Positions 50,766 through 64,000 of a stretch of DNA of 64,000 nt are shown here, in pieces. The notes under the pieces were generated by a model, which saw only the letters and a list, made by a program, of their open reading frames with translations, was not told the DNA's origin and did no database searches. The stretch is taken from contig MU054220.1 of assembly GCA_013239625.1 (NCBI GenBank), positions 8,157,367 to 8,221,366 on the forward strand, written 5' to 3'. Both the position numbers and the translations under genes were made by a program. Position 1 is the first letter of the stretch; the number at the start of each line of letters is the position of its first letter. The DNA is from Lama guanicoe. Its lineage: Eukaryota.

Positions 50766-51754
50766 TTCTCACACCAAGTGAGGCTTATTGAGATACTTCT
50801 GTTAGAGAGTTGACTGTAGTGACTCCCCTCACCCTTGGTGTATTTGTTCCCCCTTAGCCCAAGGAGAGGATTGGCAGAGAGGAAATGACTTTTTTAGGAA
50901 GTGGAATGCTTGTAAGGAAAATTTCTAGTTTCCCTTTACTCGTGCCACCATTCTCCAGAGATTATGTAAGAATTCAGCAGGGTCTCTTAGTGAAGTTTGA
51001 ACTAGTGCTCTCTCCATAATCAAACTAATGAGCATCTTTCATTTAATAGCTGGCTGAGCTACCAGAACCGCAGTAAACTGATGGTGCTGAGATACAGGGA
51101 AATGAGCAGCAGACACTGCTGAGATCAGAGGTGAACTGCTCATGAATCAGCCAACACGTCTACTGTTTGGTTGGGCAAAGATATGAGCATTTCTGGCCCA
51201 AGAAAATCCTACATAAGTATTTTCCCATGTCTAAGTATTGCCACAGCTTGTGATTAAATACCAAAGGAATTTTTGTTGCTTGGTAGAATTGAAATACGTT
51301 CATGGTAAATCAAACCCACTCTGTCAACAATAAAAGAAATTTATTGACCAAAGCAAGTGAATGGTTACAAGGTACGATGTGAAGAGCCACCCTGGACACA
51401 AAGGTAGATAAAACTTGGTTGCAGCCTCTTAAAGTATTAGATGAAGCCTTTGAAAATAACATGTGACCTGTCAAGAATTCAGATATTATATGGAACAATA
51501 TGCAATGACATAAAATTAGGTGTATTTATAGTATTTACCATTGGAGTTTGGATGAGAGAATTTAGTATGTGCATCGGGCTGGGGAATATTTAATTGGAAA
51601 CGTTAATTCTTAGGATTTTATAGTTTCCTCAAGTGTTGAGATGGAGCATATTACATTACAGTGCCTTATATACAGTTGATATTCAGTAATATTTAATGAT
51701 AGAATTGATTGACTTCTATGTGCTGTGCCCAGAAGCAGAGTTATTTGCTGTTTA

Positions 51755-51755
<1 letters not shown>

Positions 51756-51789
<34 letters not shown>
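51756..51789. repeat. A34 homopolymer followed by (GA)n
   Basis: Visible run. Confidence 0.95.
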
Positions 51790-51792
<3 letters not shown>

Positions 51793-52315
51793 AGAGAGAT
51801 CAGGATGAGGCTGTTAAAGAGGATAGCAGTTTGGCTGAAGTGAATGATTTCTGTATAAAAATAGGAATGAACCTCCACTCCTAGAGGATGAGAGCAGAAG
51901 AGGTGGGAAGAGCATCAGACAAAGGCTGTTGAAGACCCCAAGTGCCAGGCGCCCAGCTTAGATGTGGTCGGTTCAAGGAGAAAGTAAGGCTTGGAGGGAA
52001 GTGGGGAGGGTGAAACTGTTTGGTCAAGGAATTGAAGTTTGGATCCAAGTATATGGTAATAAATCTCTTTGTGAACCCACATGGTGTCATACAAGGGGAA
52101 GAAATGAAAGTATATTCAGAGAGAAGAGTGAACTGATAATACACTACATACAAAATGGTCCAAGTGGTTCTCATTTATTAGAAAAGGAAGTGTATGACTT
52201 AATCAAAGAATATTATCCTCACCCTAAGATCCCTATAGAAATGGTTTTAAAATATTTGACTTAGAGATTTAAACGCAGCACTGCACATGTCTTAGCGTAA
52301 CTTGTTATTTTTGTG

Positions 52316-52532
52316 CAGAGCCTCCAACAGAGCTTCCTGTGACTGTGAAAATGTTTTCTGTATCTGTCCTGTCCACTAATGTGGCAACCGTGAGCCATAG
52401 GTGACTGTTTGGCACTTAAAATATGGCCAGTATAACTCCATCCTTGAATTTTAAATTTTATTTAATTTTGAGGAATTTAAATGTAAATGTAAGTGCCACG
52501 TGTGGTTTGTGGCTACCCCGCTAGGCAGCACA
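52316..52532. mobile_element. MER3-like hAT-Charlie element
   Basis: gaaaatgttttctgtatctgtcctgtcca...ggcacttaaaatatggccagtataact...gaattttaaattttatttaatttt...gccacgtgtggtttgtggctacc. Confidence 0.85.
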
Positions 52533-53894
52533 GGTAGCAAATAACAAACTCGGACTCGTATGGTAGGTCTTAAGTCTGAAAATCACTTTTTGAGTGTAAC
52601 AAAATTAATAGGTGGACTAAATTTCAGGGTACTCAAATTTAATGAGGTAGAAAACGTGAAATCTCCCCCCTAATCTGTAATAGGTGCTGTGGATTTGGTG
52701 TTAACTTCACCTGCCGCTTTTCTGTACTATCAGGCACTAGGCGTTCTGGCTCGAAGCTCCGTTTTTTTTTTTCCGCAGACCTTTCCTCTCTTGAAAACTC
52801 CATGTTGTTCTGAAAGTGGTAGCGTAAGGATTTCTCTTATACCTACACTCAGTCCAACTGCAACTTCAAGATGCCTCCTGTATCAGCGCTTGCCAATGTT
52901 ATTTAATTCTTGTTTACATTGCTCCGGTTGAACATATTTCCCAGAAAACAAACTCAGAGACATGTTCTTTGTCAGTTTTAAAACAGATTGCTGGATTCCC
53001 AAATTGCTCCCTCAACTGTTTGGCTCCATCACTCACTTTTTGGCTCCATCACTCATTTTCTGGTTTCTTTTTATACTCACTTTTTGTGCTCTTTGTCACA
53101 GCGTATATTCCCCATGGAGATGCCAACCTGCTGATGGATCATTTTTTATTTAAAAAAATTAAATCATTTCTTGATTGTCTATAAATTAGTAGTGATCGAA
53201 ATAGTCACATAGCAGCAGCAACACCATGGAAACTGTGGACAGAACAGCAGCCACAGTTTTTGCTTGGGATTTTTAATTCCCCGTACTCAAAATGAAACTT
53301 TCACAGAGTTTTACGTTTCCATTACCCATCAGAAAATCCAGGATAAATGTTTCTAGTTCCCTAACAAATGAGCAAGCCTTGAACTAGCAGACCGATTTCA
53401 AAATCATACTTTTTTTTTTCTCAGTTGATGTCTGAGGTCTTTCGCTACTTTACAAATTCTAAAACCATATGCTTGATCTAATAACTTTCCCATAGAAGGT
53501 ATCAGACTGTCTCCTAGGGTTTAAAAATATGGCACGGATGATATAAATAATATATAAAAAGAACCCCTTAGTGAGAATATGTGGGAAGGAGAAAAAAAAC
53601 AAGTCAAGTACATATTAAGGATGTTTCATTCTCAGCATCTTCACTGATATATTCTCTCAGTCTGTCCACCATGCTATGGGGGAAGCTTTGAAGGGTACAG
53701 CACAGGTGTCATATCCTTCTCTGAGGAAGTTTTTTTGTGTGTGCATGTGAGACCAAAACATAACAAGTTAGGAATCAAAATGTGTTCAGATATTCCCACA
53801 TGTCCGCATTAAGGCCATACTAAATTCATGTGGCAAGAATTTTTCTCAAATTTTAAACTGTTTTTTTCCCTTCATTTTTTCATGTGTAAATATA

Positions 53895-54030
53895 TCCACT
53901 TAGTAATTCAACCCAATCAGCAAATATTCCTTGAACAATTACCACGTGCCAGGCACAGTGCTAGGTATTGGGGTGCATCAATAGACAAAAGTAGCAGAAA
54001 TCTCTGACCTTTAGGGTTCACATTTTAGTG
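53895..54030 (-). mobile_element. L2 3' end
   Basis: caatcagcaaatattccttgaacaattaccacgtgccaggcacagtgctaggtattgggg. Confidence 0.8.
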
Positions 54031-54239
54031 GATTTCAAATATTTTCATAAAGAATGTTTGGAAATTTAACTTCTCGGTTCATGGAGTTTTCAACTTTGTA
54101 AATGTATAAAGTTTGGGGAGCAGAAAAAGATAGTCACTTAAATTTTTTTCTCTCCATGATTGAATATGATTTGCTCTGAGATCTCTGAGAAATTAGAATC
54201 AACATTTTAGATGGATAACCACATGTTCAAATGAGAGAC

Positions 54240-54770
54240 ACTGTGGATTACCTACATAACACCTGCCATCCTCACTTTCTTCATTTACAGAATCCCATAT
54301 TTGATGGCCATGAAAGCTTTCCCAGGGAGTGAATCAAGGTTGATTATAAGAAAATCAAAGCAGTCTCATTTCTCTTTCCAGCGGTTGATTTAGGAATAGA
54401 CACGTGACACACTTCTGTTCAGTGCCACATAGTAGAAATCTGTTCAGATGTTTCTTTGAAAAATTCATGCCCTGTAAGAAACAAGATAGGAAGGCAAGTA
54501 AAAAGTATGATTACTTTATTCCTTTCTTCCTACTTGGGATGGTCTTATGAAAGAACGTAATGCCTGGAGTTCTGGAAGCCATTAACGAGGTACAGAATAT
54601 GTCAGGGTAGAAAAATCACGAACCTCAAAGCACCACTTTGGCAGCGTGGGGGCTGGGGGTGGGGTTGAGTGCAAGGGAACATCTACTCCTGACAGTTACG
54701 TGAACTGATGAAGTGTGTGTGTTAGTTTTGTTAGGGGGCCATTCTGTTACTTAATTCTAAAGTATCATGA
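54240..54770 (+). mobile_element. Old MaLR LTR (MLT1J/K-like)
   Basis: gcggttgatttaggaatagacacgtgacacacttctg; aatgcctggagttctggaagccatt; ccattctgttacttaattctaaag. Confidence 0.55.
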
Positions 54771-55194
54771 CTCCTGTGGTTAAGACTAGCAGTAGGATTT
54801 TGACTTTTTCCTTATAGACTGGTTACAAACAGTCATAAGTTCTTAAAAATGTTACAGAAGTGCTAATTTTCTACCTAAAAACTGAATTTAATTTTAAATT
54901 CAAGTTTAAAGCTACTATGAAAGCATTCATTTTTATGGACCACTCAATTAACCATGGTCATGGCCAACTCATCATAGGTGAGAGATGCTATTAGACATTG
55001 TCCTAATATTGCTTCTGTTTGGTTCAAGGGAACCATAAACATACTTGAATGGTCCTCTACTTATTTTGGCTTCTGCCAAGCAGTATTTTCAAACCAAAAT
55101 GATGAAAAAATAAAGGTGCAGAGAATTCATAATTATGTTAATTAAGATATTAGTAAAATTACATAAATATGTTATCAGTCAACCATCTGTCTAT

Positions 55195-55572
55195 CCTGGA
55201 TTGGATAGTGTCCCCAGAATTTATATCCACCTGGAACCTCAGAATATGATCTTATATGGAAACAGAGTATTTGCAGATATAATTAGTTAGATTAAGATCA
55301 AGTCACACTGCATGAGTGTGGCTGCAAGGCCAATGATTGGTGTCTTTTTAAGAAGAGAGAAATTTGCACACAGATACAGACACATAGGGAAGAACACATG
55401 TCAAGATGGACACAGAGAGAGGGCTTATGCATCTGCAAACCAAGGAATGCCAAGTACTGCCAGCAACCATGAGAGTCTAGGAGAGGGGTGTGGAACAGAT
55501 TCTCCCTCCAAACTTCAAAAGGAACCAACCTTCCTGACACCTAGATTTTAGGGTTCTTGCCTCTAGAACAGT
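55195..55572 (+). mobile_element. MLT1C-like MaLR LTR, 3'-truncated
   Basis: atagtgtccccagaatttatatccacctggaacctcagaatatgatctta...caaggaatgccaagtactgccagcaacc...ggaacagattctccctc. Confidence 0.85.
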
Positions 55573-55599
55573 AATCCCATCTGTTTACTATTTGGAGCA

Positions 55600-56290
55600 A
55601 TAGTAGTTATCCTTTTCTTTCTCTTCACATTAAAAGAAATGCTTCTAGTATGTATCAGTTACATAAAATATTGATTTTGCACTAATATTTACTTTTAAAT
55701 CTATTTTAGAAGTTTCTGATTATTCTTATTTTATTAATATGGATGAACCATGATTTTTTTGTCAAATGCCACTTGACATCTATGGTATTTTTCTTTAGAT
55801 ATATTTATATGATGGATTCAATAAATGGATGCTTTCACTGAATCATATTTGCATTTTTGGAAAGCATCCCACTGGGTCTTGGTGTAATTTTTTGTTCACT
55901 GTTGTGTGCTATTTGCTAAATTGTATGAAGATTTTTGTATTAATATTGAGATTTGAGATTTATTTGTAACTTTATTTTTAATTAAAGGTTTGTTAGGATT
56001 TGGTAACGATGTATTTACTTCATAAGAAGGATTTTTAAGGTTTACTTTTTTATGCTCTGGGGCTGTTTTAGGACCACTTAAGTATGATCCTTGAAGATTT
56101 AGAAGAATCCATCTGAAAAAATTCTAGACCCAGGACATTCTTTTTGTTTTTGTTTGTTTTGGAGAGGGTATGAAGTTTATTTATATAGTTATGTGTTTTT
56201 GTGTTGAAATTACTTTCTTTAGATTTTTCTCTCTTACCTGGGGTTTTAAATTTTCTTGTTAACAACAATTTACATTCTGCTATTTCTCCA
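55600..56290 (-). mobile_element. Highly diverged L1 ORF2 fragment
   Basis: ttttttgtcaaatgcc; ttgcatttttggaaagcatcccactgggtcttggtgt; agaagaatccatctgaaaaaattctagacccagg. Confidence 0.6.
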
Positions 56291-56343
56291 CAACCATCTT
56301 AAACTTTTGTTTCCCTTGACCCCATGTTTTTGCCATGCTCAAT

Positions 56344-57361
56344 GATTTTTATTAAAGTATTGATTCAAAATATATCAGTTTCAGGTGTACAACTGAGTGG
56401 TTCAACATTTTTTATAGATTATACTTCATTTAATGTTATTACAACATATAATGGCTACATTTCCCTGAGCTGTGCAATATATCCTTGTGGCTTCTTTATT
56501 TTATACATAGTAGTTTGTATCTCTTAATTCCCTACCCCCAGGTCCCCCTGCCCCCGACTCTTCCCTTTCCCCACTGGTAACCACTAGTTTGTTCTCTGTG
56601 AATCTGCTTGTTTTGTTATATTCATTAGTTTGTTTTATGTTTTAAATTCCACATTTAAGGGATAACATCGAGTATTTGTCTTTCTCTGTCTGACTTATTT
56701 CACCGAGCATAATACCCTCCAGGTCCATCAATGCTGCTGCAAATGGCAGAATTTCATTCTTTTTAATGGCAGAGTGACACTTAATTGTCCATTCATCTGT
56801 TGATGGACAATTAGGTTGCTTCTAGATGTGGGCTATTGTAAATAACGCTGCTGTGAGCATTGAGGTGCATGTATCTTTTTGAATTCGTGTTTTCATTTTC
56901 TTCAGATATACACCCAAGTGGAGTGGAATTGCCATATCATATGGTGATTCTATTTTTAGTTTTTTGAAGAATTTCCATAATGTTTTCCATAGTGGCTGCA
57001 CCAATTTACATTCTCACCAATAGTGTGCAGTGGCTCCTTTCTCTCCACATCCTGGCCAGCGTTTGTTATTTGTAGATGTTTGGATGATGGCCATTCTGAC
57101 AGATGTGAGTTGATATCTCATTGTGGTTTTGATTTGCATTTCTCTGATGATCAGCGATGTTGAACATCTCACGTGCCTCTTGGCCGTCTGTATACCTTCT
57201 TTGGAAAAATATCTATTTAGGTCTTCTGCCCATTTTTTAATTAGATTGTTTACTTTTTTAAATATTGAGTTGTATGAGCTGTTTATATATTTGGGGTATT
57301 AACCTCTTATCAGTTACATCATTTGCAAATATTTTCTCCCATTCAGTAGGCGGTCTTTTCA
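56344..57361 (-). mobile_element. 5'-truncated L1 (~1 kb; ORF2 C-terminus plus 3' UTR) with TSD
   Basis: ORF 56822-57004 ([27 protein letters not shown]...QKDTCTSMLTAALFTIA) is an L1 ORF2 C-terminal remnant. TSD tttgccatgctcaat / tttgccatgttaaat (13/15). Confidence 0.95.
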
Positions 57362-60259
57362 TTTGCCATGTTAAATTTGGTTTCTGTTTTCATCCTATTT
57401 CCTCGTGAGTGGGCTCTGCTATTTTAAATGAGTATCTGATGGATATTCCTGAGGGTCACAAGAACTCAGACCAACACAATTTTATAAATCCTCATATGTA
57501 TTCTCCTACATCCATTCATGTGGTATTTTTTTGTGTGTACTCACCAGAAATTTAGAATCTGTAAGGAATTTTCTCAATTTCATTGACTGACATTTGTGCC
57601 ACTTACCCAGGTTTCGATTCATGATGGTAGAAACATCCCTTTACTTTGGGGACATGAGTACGTGCTGTATTGTGTTCATTTATAGGGTCCCTCAAGAACC
57701 TCCTTTTACTTCCATCTGCTCCCCAGCAGATGACTCCTGATCTTAGGGTGGTCATACTGCTCATGCTCTGCAGTTTGTCAGGCTTTTCTGCCATCAGGTT
57801 CTGAGAGCATCATTTTCAAGTTGTTGTTTCTTTTGCTATCCTACGTGCCCTATCATTTTTCCTGGAAAATTGTGTGGCAATTCGAAAACTATGCTTCTGC
57901 CCTCACCACACATCTGAAAGGCTGATGCATATTTTTTCAAAGTGTGGAAAATTCAGGAGGCCTGAGAATGAATGGGCAAAGGTGAGCACGAGAATATTCT
58001 GGTCACTGAGAAAAACAGAGACAGGAATGTCGGAATAACTCAGAACTATGAAAAGAAAAAAAAAAGAAGTGGCCGGGGTGGTCCTCTTGAGACTGAAGTT
58101 TCTGCAAGGGAGGAGCTGTTAAGTTGGCTCATTTTGCAACAGACATGGAGATTGACCTTAATGTTGGTCTAGTGTTTTTAAACCGTAATCTAAATCATAC
58201 AATACCATAAATTTACTTTTGTAGTTGTTGTTGTTGAATTTCATTAAGATCTCTGGGCCAACATAATGGCATTAGTTTGAAAACAGTTTCTCTTCCATCT
58301 AACTCGAGTTTTGCACTTGATGCTTTTGTTTGAAGACTCCTGAGAATGTCTGTCAATAGCAGTTCAATGGTTGAGACCGGAAGCTGATTTTTTATAGTTT
58401 TGGCTTAGATGCTGATTTTACTTACCATCCCTTACTACCTTGTTCAAGTTTTTACCTTTTTGATCTTTATTCCTTTTGCCTCACCTGCCTAAGAGTTGCC
58501 AAGAAATTTCCTGGAGAATGTTGTCTGTTTCTCACCCAGTGAACCTTTCTTTCTATACACAAAATAGGAAACTACGCACATACATTTTGTTGTACCTTGT
58601 GAAGACTGAACAGAAGTAAAATTTCTTTGTCATGGATTCCTTCTTTTCCTCCTTGCTTGTGGTATTTCTCTTGCCAGGAGATTTGTGGAGGAGAGAGAAA
58701 AATGGCAGAAGGAGCAACTTCTCTCAATGCAGCATATGCCTTCAAGTCACCCTCCTGCCAAAGGGTCTGGAACCAAACTAGCTCTTACTACTGCCCTGTA
58801 TAGAGTTCTCAGCCTCTCCAAGCATGATGCTGGTGCCTTACATTAGCTGATCTCCTGCACAGAAACATCCTGGTCCTGGTCAAAAGCAGAACAATGTAAA
58901 TGAGACAAAAAAAAAAACCTGGAAGTAAAATCTTAATGTTATTTCTGGAATGTTAGATGGAGTGTCACACACACCACAAAATGAGCCCAGCGCACGAATT
59001 GGATGGTTAAACTTTATTTGAGCATAGTAGCTATGTTCCGAATGATTTCCTAAAATCAAAGGGAATCACAGCCAGAGCCCTTGAATTTTCTCAAGCATTC
59101 CAATTTCAATCATGAGCTAGTTTAGCTGGAAGTCAGTTACTTCCCACATTGACTGGAAGACTTCTTGGCTGCAGATTTAGACATTCTGGCCAAAACTTAA
59201 GCCAAGTAGGCAAGGGTAAATTTTTTTCTACGGCTATATTACCATCCCTGTCACTCACTGCTACTACTTGCACTTGCTGTTGAAAATCATATGGCTGAAA
59301 ATCATATTATGAATGAATTTAAGATACTTTTCTTATTCTTATCTTCTTATTCATTTTAGTATTTATTCTTTCAGTAATTTGTTTTCAGTGAGCTCGATAG
59401 TAAACAACTAAACTGAGCTCAAGAGCCCTCTGAGTTATTCCAATTAATCTCAGTTTAGGTGCTTTATAATTTTGTTTCAGCAGAGTTCTTTAGAGATTCT
59501 CTTACAAAGAGATCGTGCTCTTTGAAAATGAATGAAAACACCACACCCACAGGCAAAACAATTTACGCACATGTATCATAACTTCTCCTTCACATACATT
59601 ACAGAAATTACTTTTTTGTATAACAGAAATATATCCATTGGGGAAAAGAAAATTTTAAATTATCTTTGGTATGTTAATAATTTTAAATGAAAAAAAAAAT
59701 CAGTCAAAACCATTTCGTGTATTTTCCTATATCCTTTATCGCCGAAAATAATCCTGGATTTCACTTTTTTTTTTTTTTGGCGTTGCATTGTTAGCAGCCT
59801 GCATATCAGTTGTTATTAAAGTAATACACTTGGAGCTTTTTGGGTGCTAAGTTTGAAATACTCTTCATTATGTAACAACGTTGAGTATTCCATACTGCTA
59901 AACTGAATGGACAGTTAAATGTGTTTTTAATAAACTGAGGGCAAAACTGTTGCTGTTCAGCTACCTGAGTTATCTTTGTTACCAGTTCGAGTGATGTCAT
60001 GCCATGAGTCGGTGCAGGAGACTTCAAAGAGATTTTGTGCCGCTGTACTTTGGCTAATAACGGGGATTTTTATTCTGTAGTTTCAAGCTAGATATTTGAC
60101 TCTATGCATAAGACACTGAGGAATATACAAATGACCACAGTGATGGCTGGCAGTTATTTAATTGCTCTCCCGCAAGGAAAATAACAGTTTTATTTTTATT
60201 CTTTACTTTTTATCTTTGCCTAAATTATCTTTCAATCATCTTGTGAGTGAAAGAACAAG

Positions 60260-60365
60260 CAAGATGGATGGGAAAGGAGTACTGGATTTGTAGTCAGACA
60301 GAATATATTCAGTTTAACTTCAAGTTTCATGAACTTGGGTGATTGAATTAAGCTCTTTGAAACTT
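60260..60365 (+). mobile_element. MIR fragment
   Basis: gggaaaggagtactggatttgtagtcagacaga...gaacttgggtgattgaattaagctctttga. Confidence 0.5.
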
Positions 60366-61504
60366 TTGGACGTAACACTCATTTTACGTATAAAGTCCTA
60401 AAAAGTTCAACCCCTATTATTAATAGAAGTATCATAAAGCATGCCTAAAAGAATTGCTATTTTATAATCTACATCTAAGGGTTAGTTGTCCATAAGCCAT
60501 ATGAGCATCACTGTTTTATTATTATTGATACCAGAACTGTTAGTAGAACACTGAGTCATTCCTTCAGATGTCTGGAATTTTACATTATATTTCTTCTGAT
60601 AATGTTATCCACTTATGACTATGGTAAAATTTATGTTCAGAATATTTCCTGTGGCTTAGTAAATACCAAGAAGGTCCCTCATAGTCACAGGGTAAAAACA
60701 AAAGTGAAACAGAGAGAAATGAACATATTTCCATGTCATAGTAATTGAGCCAGGCAAATATTAGTGAAAAAATCCATGATTGTCTTTATATTCCATATTT
60801 TGTAGTCTAATGGAAATTATAATTAATATGAAGTTAGACAACAGAGTTTCATGATTGGTTATAACTATGTTATCAGAAAAGGTACTTAAAATTTTTTACC
60901 TCTTTATTGTCTGTCTCTTTATGTATAAGCTATTACATTTATAGTAGCTTAAAAGATTTACATGAAATAATATTTTTATATGTGCTTTGAAAATGGTACA
61001 GGGTTTTATTATTTGTTCATAATGAAGACTGAATGACTTGACAACATGTATACTTACAAAAAATTAACAGCAATCTTAGTTAAATTATTTTTCTGTAACC
61101 CTGACCGTGACAATGGTAAGTTTCTATAGAAAAGTTTCAGGAAAAATGAAATCACGCTTTAATAGGCAGTTATTCAGTTACTTCATTGGGATTCCACAAA
61201 TACTACATGTTGTGTAGAAAATGTCAGGAGAATTAGCCAGTTTGAGAAAGTGGACCAAGTTTGGGCCAAGAGGCTTTCAAAGTAGAATACTTTGAATCAT
61301 TTGAAAGAGGTTGAAGATGGACAGGAAGTAAGTTAAGGGAACTGAGAACAAATTTTACAACATTTTCCTTCAGAAAGAGAATGCTCTCATTACTGCCTCT
61401 GGAAGGTTAAGAAATCCAAGGCTGAGATAAGATGACCTTTCAGAGCTTATCAGTACAATTACACAGCTGTCCCTTGGTAACACCACCAATGGGCACTGTA
61501 TTTC

Positions 61505-61608
61505 AGTCTTAGAGGCAATAGACTATGTCATATTTATTTTTGTAACACCAGTGTTTAGCAGAAAGCCTGGCACAAACGATACCTTCACTGAGTGATTGAT
61601 GAATGACC
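61505..61608 (+). mobile_element. L2 3' end
   Basis: ttagaggcaatagactatgtcatattt...ccagtgtttagcagaaagcctggcacaaa...gattgatgaatga. Confidence 0.7.
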
Positions 61609-62743
61609 GGGACATCATTTATTCATTCTGAAGCTAGTATTGTAAGAGTTCTTGCTAGTGCAATGTAACTATACTGTGACCTCGAAATCACTGATGTGCT
61701 CTGAGCAGACTAGCTCCTAAAAGGCAAGACTAAAGGGGGGACCACAGTAGGTATTTCCTGGGTCCAGGAGCTCAGTGGGAGAACAGAACACTGCGGGGGC
61801 TCCCAGCTGAGGCCAAGTAGAACCATTTGTCTGCCACTGTTCTCTGCCCGAACACCTGCATTCTCTGGGAAGAAAAACACTGTTTTTACAACACAGGTGG
61901 GAAGACATAATTTCTCGAGTGGCCTGAAAGTTCAGTTTGAGAAAAATCCATGTTTGGAAACTTTCCTGTTGGATGAGACAGAAAAAAGGCCACACAGCAA
62001 ATTAGAAAGAATAATTGGGAACTATCTAATGAACAAAGAAGATGGAGTCCCAGGAAATAGTCATTTCAGGTGATTGCATTTATGCTCTTCTAGTGCCAGA
62101 AAATTCCATTTTATTCCCCAGATAACCAACTTCTCTTTGGTAGAATAGAATATAAAAGTATGAGATAAACAAAGAAAAGGCTTGGAGTTTTCATTTGGTA
62201 AAAAAGAATTGTTTACTCTAATAAATGAGTGAGGGAGAGATCAGTGAATACTTCTCTTTAAAGACGCTAGGGCCATAAAACAAAACAGAAATGGAATGCT
62301 GCACGTGAAACAGTCCTCGATGATCCCATGTATCAGTGCTCACTGTGCTAAAGATAAATCAAGAATATTCACAATGTTGGCCATTCTATTTTATAAGCAG
62401 CTCTGTTTTATCTTGCAAATGCACTGTCTCATTTAATCATCAAAATACCCTGTTATTATAATATTAGATAATATTAATATCATTTCAATTTCTAGATTAG
62501 CAAACTGAGTCCCAAGGAATATATGTAACTCTAACTATAGTGTTTATAAAGGCAAAGAATATGTTTTCCATCTCCATCAATCGTTCCCAGGACATGGCAT
62601 GTATTTGTAGCCCCTAAACAGCACCTAGAAGATACTTATTATATAGGTACATATAAGAACACACTTTCCTAGATGATAGTGTTAGATTCAGTTATGTGCC
62701 TTTGATTTCCCAGTCTGCATTTCTAATGGAAAGAAAGCTAGTG

Positions 62744-63710
62744 ATTTTCTTTTTCTTTTACTTTTTACTTATATTGAAGTATAGTCAGTTTATAATATAT
62801 CAGTTTTCAGTGTACAGCATAATGTTTCAGTCATATTTATGCATACATATATTTGTGTTTATATTCTTGTTTGTTGTATGTTACTACAAGATATTGAATA
62901 TAGTTCCCTGTGCTATACAGAAGAAATTTATTATTTATCTATTTTATAGAAACTAATTAATATTTGCAAATCTGGAACTCCCAATATATCCCTTCCTCCC
63001 AGTTAACCATAAGATTACTATGTCTATGAGTCTGTTTCTGTTTTGTAGATAAGTTCATTAGTGTCTTCATTTTTACTTATTTTTTTAGATTCCACATATG
63101 GGTGATACCAGGTGATATTTTTCTTTCTCTTTCTGGCTTACTTTACTTAGAATGACAATCTGCAGATCCATCTATGTTGCTGCAAATGGCATTATTTTAT
63201 TTTTTATGGCTGAGTAATATTCCATTGTATAAATATACCACATTGACTTTATCCAGTCATCTTTTGGTGGACATTTAGGTTGTTTCTATGTCTTAGGTAT
63301 TGTATATAGTGCTGCTAAGAACATTGGGGTGCATGTACCTTTTCGAATTAGAGTCCCCTCTGGATATATGCCCAGGAGTGGGATTGCTGGATTATGGTAA
63401 GTCCATTTTAGTTTTTTGAGAAATCTCCATACTGTTTTCTATAATGGCTACACCAAACTACATTCCCACCAACAGTGTGGAAGGGTTCCCTTTTCTCCAC
63501 AACCTCTCCAGCATTTATCATTTGAGGACTTTTTAATGAGGGCCATTCTGACTGACGTGAGGTGATACCTCATTTTAGTTTGGATTTGCATTTCTCTGAT
63601 AATTAGCAATATTGAACATTCTTTTCATGTGCCTGTTGGCCATTTGTACGTCTTCATTAGAGAATTGCTTGTTTAGGTCTTCTGCCCATTTTTGGATTGG
63701 GTTGATTGTC
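62744..63710 (-). mobile_element. Young camelid-type L1, 5'-truncated (~1 kb)
   Basis: ttgaagtatagtcagtttata...ttactacaagatattgaatatagttccctgtgctataca...ggatatatgcccaggagtgggattgctgg...tttaggtcttctgcccatttttggattggg. Confidence 0.95.
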
Positions 63711-63879
63711 TTGGTTTGTGAAAACAACTCTGTTTAGAAACTGATAAAAGTAATACAGACAGCCTCCAGGAGGGACAGTTTTTCTCCCAAGGATTTGAGG
63801 CAGGCCACTGAGCGTCAGGCTCCTGTCTGCATGCTTCCCAGTTAGAGGAACATATTCATCTAATAGCTTTTGGCTTTTA

Positions 63880-64000
63880 TTTCATTCAGTCATTCAGTCA
63901 TTCATCAAATACTTATTGAGGGCTTGTATGTGCCAGACACTCTTGTTGGCACTAGAGATGCAGTGGATAAAAGAGTCCCTGTTCTCGAATGACTCACATT
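63880..64000 (-). mobile_element. L2 3' end (runs off the window)
   Basis: ttcattcagtcattcagtcattcatcaaatacttattgagggcttgtatgtgccagacact. Confidence 0.85.

Noticed and set aside
54648..54677. Potential G-quadruplex (also ~19187-19221)
   Set aside because: Needs a long final loop and has no functional context; the first lies within an old LTR.
56822..57004. ORF with real protein similarity
   Set aside because: It is an L1 ORF2 C-terminal remnant in a 1-kb truncated copy, not a gene.
59806..60027. 73-aa minus-strand ORF in unique-looking sequence
   Set aside because: No recognisable homology and no clear flanking splice sites.
1..64000. CRISPR array, operon or other prokaryotic-type system; CpG-island promoter
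   Set aside because: The sequence is mammalian non-coding DNA with no repeat-spacer array, no dense coding and no extended CpG island.

Overview
This window is AT-rich, non-coding placental-mammal DNA (intergenic or deep intron). It is most likely camelid (camel, alpaca or llama), based on a Vic-1-like tRNA-Ala SINE at 47567-47662 and cetartiodactyl-type L1 3' ends. I recognise no intact protein-coding exon, RNA gene or CpG island. The short ORFs are chance ORFs or transposon remnants. Much of the window is layered transposon debris: MIR, L2, several ages of L1 (some with visible target-site duplications, TSDs), MaLR/ERVL/ERV1 solo LTRs and hAT DNA transposons, often nested. The most notable items are: (i) a decayed hAT-Tip100 (Arthur/Zaphod-like) transposase, still readable across three consecutive ORF fragments at about 32.3-33.5 kb; (ii) a convergent pair of strong CTCF motifs at 35795 and 37961, the second inside a MER20; (iii) two apparent local templated-copy events; (iv) a CpG-rich inverted RBPJ pair with an RFX X-box at about 40.36-40.42 kb; and (v) a few candidate non-coding exons. 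I found no convincing new biological system. Repeat family names come from recalled consensus sequences and need RepeatMasker/Dfam confirmation.
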